The translations under genes were made by a program, and so were the position numbers. The notes beneath the pieces are model-generated. The model made no database searches. It saw nothing but the letters and a program-made list of their open reading frames with translations, and was not told where the DNA came from. A stretch of DNA of 32,000 bases, from assembly GCF_000155895.1 (NCBI RefSeq), contig NZ_DS995298.1:840001-872000 (forward strand). Reading direction: 5' to 3'. The DNA comes from Candidatus Pelagibacter sp. HTCC7211 (GTDB lineage: Bacteria > Pseudomonadota > Alphaproteobacteria > Pelagibacterales > Pelagibacteraceae). This document shows, one piece after another, positions 27,187 to 32,000 of this stretch (positions within the stretch are counted from its first letter, which is position 1; each line of letters opens with the position of its first letter).

Positions 27187-29765
27187 TTCTTTTTCTTTTT
27201 TTTATTTTTTTTATTCTTATCGTATTCTTTTCTTTTCTCTATAAGGATCAAGGCTTCTTCCATTGTAAGTTCTGTAGGATCTTTTTCTTCAGGTATAGTA
27301 GCATTTAAGGACTTATATTTGATATAAGGCCCATATTGACCTTTCATTACCTTTACTGGTTTTTTATCTTCTGGATGTTCTCCTAAATCCTTAATGATTG
27401 AGGCAGACATTCTCCCTGTTTTTGCTTCAGCTATTAATGTAACTGCTCTATTTAATCCTATTGAGAATATTTCCTCAACATTTTCTATTCTTGCAGATTT
27501 ATTTTCACATTTTAAGTAGGGTCCAAATCTTCCTGTATTTAAAAAGATTTCTTTTTGATTATCAGGATTAATACCAAGTGATTTTGGTAAAGAGCACAAA
27601 AATTGAGCTTTTTCAAGATCAATACTTTCAAGCTCTAAACCTTTAGGTATTGAAACATTCTTTAAAAGTTCATTAACATCATTAAGTTTTTTTACTTTTT
27701 TTTTCTTTTTAGTTGTTTTTTCTTGAGGCAATTCATCTAATATTTTTTCATATTGTAAATAAGGGCCAAACCTTCCATTCTTTAGAAATATATCATTTCC
27801 ATTTTCATGTTTGCCAATAAATTTTGGTTCTGCTAATTGAGCCTGTGCTGCGGCTTTTGCTTTAGAGAGTGGCCTAGTAAATTTACATTCAGGATAATTT
27901 GAGCAGCCTATAAACGCACCTCCTCTAAAGCTATTTTTTAAACTCAAAGATCCTGTTTCACATAATTGACATTTTCTTACAACTTTTCCATCCGCATCTT
28001 TGTCAAATATTAATGTTCCTAGACTTTCATTTAATAAATCTAAAACCTCTCTAGTTCTTTTCTCTTTCACCTCTGAAACATTGTTATTAAAATCCTTCCA
28101 AAACATCTCTAGAACCTTTATCCAACTTTCTTTACCTGTTGTTATTTCATCTAGTTGATCTTCTAATCCTGCTGTAAAATTATAATCTACATATTTAGAA
28201 AATAATTTTTCTAAAAAAGCAGATATTAATTTTCCTCGGTCTGTTGGAAAAAACCTTTTATTTAATATTTCTGCATATCCACGATTTGCAATAGTTGATA
28301 TGATACTTGCGTAAGTAGAGGGTCGACCAATTCCAAGCTCTTCTAATTTTTTTACAATACTTGCCTCAGAATATCTTGGAGGAGGCTGTGTAAAGTGCTG
28401 TTCATCTATAAGTGACTCAATATTAATCGGTCCATTTTTCATTTCTGGCAAGATTGTTTCATCATCATCTTTACTTAGACTTGGAAATACTTTCAAATAA
28501 CCATCAAATCTCAGCACAGAACCACTAGACTTACATATTGTTTTATTATCTGTAGAAGTTATTGTAATCGTATTCCTATCAAATTTTGCTGTTTCCATTT
28601 GTGATGATAAAGCTCTAGTCCAGATCAAATTGTATAGTTTTTGTTGGTCTGTACTTAAATATTTTTTAACAGAATCTGGTGATCTATTTATATCTGTAGG
28701 TCTTATTGCCTCGTGAGCCTCCTGGGCATTTTTAGCTTTTTTACCTGAGTAATTTATAGGGTTATCGGGAAGGTATTCTTTTCCGTATTGATTTATAATA
28801 AAACCCCTAAAATCAGAAACAGCATCTTTTGAAAGATTAGTTCCATCAGTTCTCATATAAGTAATTAACCCTATTGTCTCTCCATCAATTTCAATACCTT
28901 GATATAGTCTTTGAGCAATTTGCATTGTTCTTGATGCTCCAAAACCTAATCTGCTTGAAGCTACCTGTTGTAAAGTTGATGTCGTGAATGGACCAGATGG
29001 ATTTCTGCTAATAATTTTTGATGAAATATCACTTATATTAAACTTTTGATCTTTAATATTTTCTATCGCTTTATTGATTTCGATTTTATTTTTAAAGGAA
29101 AATTTTTCTATTTTATTTCCATCTAATTGAGAAATACTTGCGGTAATTAAATTATTTTTTTCATCTTGAAAATTAATACTTAATGTCCAAAATTCCTCTG
29201 GATCAAATGACTCAATTTCATGTTCTCTCTCTGTTATAAGTTTTAAAGCTACAGATTGTACTCTACCAGCTGATTTTGATCCTGGTAATTTTGTCCATAG
29301 AATAGGCGAGATATTAAAGCCAACTAAGTAATCAAGAGCTCTTCTTGCCATATAAGCATCGACTAACAAAGGCTCAATTTGTCTAGGGTTATCAATACCA
29401 TGTGTGACTGCTTTTTTTGTAATTTCATTAAAGACTACTCTTTCAACTGCTTTATCTTTTAAAAGCTTTTTTTCGCTTAAGTACTCTTTTACATGCCATG
29501 CTATTGCTTCTCCTTCACGATCTGGGTCTGTTGCCAAAATAATTTTAGATGAGTCTTTTGCCGCATCTGTAATTTCTTTTAAATATTTTTTAGAAAAACT
29601 ATCAACTTCCCATTCCATCTTAAAATTTTGATCAGGATCAACAGATCCATTTTTTGATGGCAAATCTCTTATATGCCCATAACTTGCTAAAACAGTATAA
29701 TTATCACCCAAATATTTATTTATTGTTTTAGCTTTTGCTGGACTCTCAACTATGACTAGATTCAT
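27183..29765 (-). CDS. topA: DNA topoisomerase I
   Basis: 860 aa with TOPRIM N-terminus LVIVESPAKAKTI and DPDREGE. The active-site Tyr lies in GLITYMRTDGT (Y303). There is one C4 zinc ribbon (C599/C602/C621/C627), three zinc-less GRFGPYL/GQYGPYI repeats and a poly-Lys tail. Confidence 0.97.
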   Translation of the reverse strand: MNLVIVESPAKAKTINKYLGDNYTVLASYGHIRDLPSKNGSVDPDQNFKMEWEVDSFSKKYLKEITDAAKDSSKIILATDPDREGEAIAWHVKEYLSEKKLLKDKAVERVVFNEITKKAVTHGIDNPRQIEPLLVDAYMARRALDYLVGFNISPILWTKLPGSKSAGRVQSVALKLITEREHEIESFDPEEFWTLSINFQDEKNNLITASISQLDGNKIEKFSFKNKIEINKAIENIKDQKFNISDISSKIISRNPSGPFTTSTLQQVASSRLGFGASRTMQIAQRLYQGIEIDGETIGLITYMRTDGTNLSKDAVSDFRGFIINQYGKEYLPDNPINYSGKKAKNAQEAHEAIRPTDINRSPDSVKKYLSTDQQKLYNLIWTRALSSQMETAKFDRNTITITSTDNKTICKSSGSVLRFDGYLKVFPSLSKDDDETILPEMKNGPINIESLIDEQHFTQPPPRYSEASIVKKLEELGIGRPSTYASIISTIANRGYAEILNKRFFPTDRGKLISAFLEKLFSKYVDYNFTAGLEDQLDEITTGKESWIKVLEMFWKDFNNNVSEVKEKRTREVLDLLNESLGTLIFDKDADGKVVRKCQLCETGSLSLKNSFRGGAFIGCSNYPECKFTRPLSKAKAAAQAQLAEPKFIGKHENGNDIFLKNGRFGPYLQYEKILDELPQEKTTKKKKKVKKLNDVNELLKNVSIPKGLELESIDLEKAQFLCSLPKSLGINPDNQKEIFLNTGRFGPYLKCENKSARIENVEEIFSIGLNRAVTLIAEAKTGRMSASIIKDLGEHPEDKKPVKVMKGQYGPYIKYKSLNATIPEEKDPTELTMEEALILIEKRKEYDKNKKNKKKKKK

Positions 29766-29770
29766 TATTT

Positions 29771-29797
29771 TATCAAACTACTCAAAAGTCTTTGATA
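29771..29797 (-). repeat. Inverted repeat in the plsY-topA spacer
   Basis: TATCAAA (29771-29777) and TTTGATA (29791-29797) are reverse complements separated by 13 nt. The 3' arm ends 5 nt before the topA ATG on the minus strand. The stem has only one G-C pair. Confidence 0.25.
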
Positions 29798-29803
29798 GTC
29801 AAA

Positions 29804-30382
29804 TTAATAAATTTTAGTCTTATTTTCTTCTTTATTTTTAAGTCGTTTAATATTTTCTCTATGAGTGTAAAAGATCAAAATGAACATTATTCCAAAAAAG
29901 ATAACATCTTTTATCTGACTTGTAATAATCAAGTAAACTGGAATTGATAAAGAACCAATTATTGATGACAAAGAGGAGTATTTAAAGATCAAAAATATTA
30001 TTCCCCAACTTAAAACAAAAATTATTCCTAATATTATATTTATTGAAAATAAAATTCCTACGTATGTTGCAACACCTTTACCTCCTTTAAATTTAAGCCA
30101 TATGGGAAAAACATGTCCTAAAAAGGCACATAACGATGCTATATATATAAGTTCTGGATAATTTATTTTGACATAAATAACTGGAATTATTGCCTTAGCT
30201 ATATCTAAGATTAATGTAGAATAACCGATTAATTTGTTTCCTGTTCTTAAAGTATTAGTAGCCCCGATATTACCAGATCCAATTTCTCTAATATCTTGTT
30301 TTAAGAAAATTTTTGTTAAAATATAACCAAATGGTATTGAACCCATTAGATATGAAATTATTCCAACAATTAAATATTCCAT
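29804..30382 (-). CDS. plsY: Glycerol-3-phosphate acyltransferase PlsY
   Basis: 192 aa integral membrane protein with GSIPFGYIL...DIREIGSGNIGATNTLRTG and KGGKGVAT. Confidence 0.94.
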   Translation of the reverse strand: MEYLIVGIISYLMGSIPFGYILTKIFLKQDIREIGSGNIGATNTLRTGNKLIGYSTLILDIAKAIIPVIYVKINYPELIYIASLCAFLGHVFPIWLKFKGGKGVATYVGILFSINIILGIIFVLSWGIIFLIFKYSSLSSIIGSLSIPVYLIITSQIKDVIFFGIMFILIFYTHRENIKRLKNKEENKTKIY

Positions 30383-30384
30383 TA

Positions 30385-31671
30385 TTATATTTTAAATAAT
30401 TCCTTACCTTTTACAAAGGTATTAGTGACTTTGCCCTGCAATTTTTTATCCTCTATTGACGTATTTTTTGATTTTGAAATTAGATTTTCTTTTTTTACAA
30501 TCCAAGGTTTATCTAAATCTATAATACAAAAATCTGCATCATTTCCTATTGTAAGATTTCCTTTGTTTATTCTAAGAATTTTTGCAGGATTTGATGTTAA
30601 TGCTTGAATTATGGTTTCAAGTTTAACTGAACCATTATGGTATAATTCTAGGCTTAGTGATAACAACGTTTCAATTCCAGATGCTCCAGTTGCAGCTTGT
30701 GAAAAAGTTAATCTTTTCGACTCTTCATCTTCAGGTTTATGATCTGAGACAATTACATCAATAGTTTTGTCTTTTAACCCTTGAACTAATGCTTCTCTAT
30801 CTTCCTCTTTTCTAAGCGGTGGTGATAATTTTAAGAAGGTTTTGAAATCACCAATATCATTCTCATTTAATGAAAGATTATTTACTGATACTCCACAAGT
30901 GAATTTGATATCATTTTTTCTCTCTTTAATTACTTCAACTGATTTTGCTGATGAAAGTTGAGAAATGTGATATCTACATTTATTTTTCTCGAGTAACGTT
31001 AAGTCTCTTTCAATTATTATTCTTTCTGCAATATCTGGTATACCTGATAACCCAAGTTTTGTTGCAATTATTCCAGAATTAATCATTCCATTTTTAGAAA
31101 GATGATAATCTTCTGCATGTTGCATAATTAAACAATCCAAATCTTTTGCAGAATTCATTATTCTGGACATTAAGCTCGTATTTTGGATTGTTTTGACGCC
31201 ATCAGTGAAGGCTATTATTCCTTTTTTTGCTAATAATCCAAATTCTGTCATGTTGGTCCCTTCGATATTTTGTGTAAGCGATGCACAAGGGAATATATTT
31301 ATTTTAGATTTATCTCTACCTCTTCTTTTTAAGAAATCTACAATTGAAACATTATCTATTATTGGATTAGTATTTGGCATGGTCACAACCGATGTAACTC
31401 CTCCTGATAATGCCGCATTACTTAGGGTTCTAAAATTTTCTTTATATTCATATCCTGGTTCACCCACAAAAACTCTCATATCAACAATACCAGGAATTAA
31501 ATATTTTCCTTTTAAGTCAATAGGTTTTTCTCTGGTGGGTAAATTATTTACATTTACTTTTTTGCCAACAGCTTCAATTTTTCCATCTTCACTGACAATT
31601 AAACCTCCATTCTCATTAATAGAATTATGAGGATCTATAATATTTCCATTTATAAAATATTGTTTTTTCAT
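30385..31671 (-). CDS. pyrC: Dihydroorotase-like protein lacking the HxH metal-binding motif (PyrC'-type, probably non-catalytic)
   Basis: 428 aa, colinear with long-type dihydroorotases (MPNTNP, AFTDG, QHAED, SPPLR, VSDH, GIETL). It reads VDMRVFVGEPG where DxHxH is expected, and YHISQLSS where the strand-6 His is expected. It starts directly after the pyrB stop. Confidence 0.85.
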   Translation of the reverse strand: MKKQYFINGNIIDPHNSINENGGLIVSEDGKIEAVGKKVNVNNLPTREKPIDLKGKYLIPGIVDMRVFVGEPGYEYKENFRTLSNAALSGGVTSVVTMPNTNPIIDNVSIVDFLKRRGRDKSKINIFPCASLTQNIEGTNMTEFGLLAKKGIIAFTDGVKTIQNTSLMSRIMNSAKDLDCLIMQHAEDYHLSKNGMINSGIIATKLGLSGIPDIAERIIIERDLTLLEKNKCRYHISQLSSAKSVEVIKERKNDIKFTCGVSVNNLSLNENDIGDFKTFLKLSPPLRKEEDREALVQGLKDKTIDVIVSDHKPEDEESKRLTFSQAATGASGIETLLSLSLELYHNGSVKLETIIQALTSNPAKILRINKGNLTIGNDADFCIIDLDKPWIVKKENLISKSKNTSIEDKKLQGKVTNTFVKGKELFKI

Positions 31672-32000
31672 TTATTCACAAAATATTTTTAAACATGCCA
31701 TTCTAACAGCCACACCTAGTTCAACTTGTTCTTTAATTACACTTTTATTAATGTCGTCAGCTAATCTTGTATCAATTTCAATCCCTCTATTCATTGGACC
31801 AGGATGCATTATAATTGCATCTTGTTTTGCATGATCTAGCTTGTCTGGTGTTAAGCCATAATATTCATAATATTCTCGATTTGATGATAAAAATGAACTG
31901 GTCATTCTTTCATTTTGAAGTCTTAACATCATCACAATATCGCAATCCTTTAGTCCTTTTTTCATATCGGTAAAAGTATTTACTCCAAATTTTTCTATTT
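31672..32000 (-). CDS. pyrB: Aspartate carbamoyltransferase catalytic chain, C-terminal part (gene continues beyond window)
   Basis: Translation contains [13 protein letters not shown]...YGLT...[15 protein letters not shown], the ATCase C-terminal domain. The frame stays open upstream of the ATG at 31965 to the window edge (…[15 protein letters not shown]…). Confidence 0.92.
   Translation of the reverse strand, partial: IEKFGVNTFTDMKKGLKDCDIVMMLRLQNERMTSSFLSSNREYYEYYGLTPDKLDHAKQDAIIMHPGPMNRGIEIDTRLADDINKSVIKEQVELGVAVRMACLKIFCE

Overview
This window is core housekeeping DNA from a very AT-rich, extremely compact genome. The gene order looks alphaproteobacterial: rpsM-rpsK-rpoA with no rpsD, adk after secY, and pyrB-pyrC-plsY-topA. 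Together with the near-absence of intergenic DNA, this suggests a streamlined marine SAR11/Pelagibacterales-type organism. That assignment is pattern recognition only; I could not run a search.

Positions 1-21471 carry 32 co-directional plus-strand genes: the end of rpoB, rpoC, then fused str/S10/spc/alpha ribosomal-protein operons (rpsL through rplQ, including fusA, secY, adk and rpoA), then an RluA-family pseudouridine synthase. Positions 21449-32000 hold mixed-orientation housekeeping genes: lipB, mgtE, panC, galU, ugd, a RidA-family protein, an 84-aa secreted-type ORF, topA, plsY, a dihydroorotase-like gene and the end of pyrB.

I found no tRNA or rRNA genes, CRISPR arrays, transposases, integrases, long repeats or defence-system genes. 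I see no credible evidence for a new multi-gene system here.

The points most worth follow-up are:
- The dihydroorotase paralogue directly after pyrB has lost its HxH metal-binding motif. It looks like a PyrC'-type non-catalytic partner of aspartate carbamoyltransferase.
- The 171-nt rpoC-rpsL spacer is the only sizeable non-coding stretch. It has a TTGACA promoter-like element and two small stem-loops, so it is a candidate r-protein leader.
- tuf, rpmD, rpsD, rpmJ and infA are absent from their canonical operon slots.
- Gene packing is extreme: 12 TAATG junctions, out-of-frame overlaps, convergent genes that overlap or abut without terminators, and divergent start codons 4-34 nt apart.

All protein calls rest on by-eye motif recognition in the supplied ORF translations.
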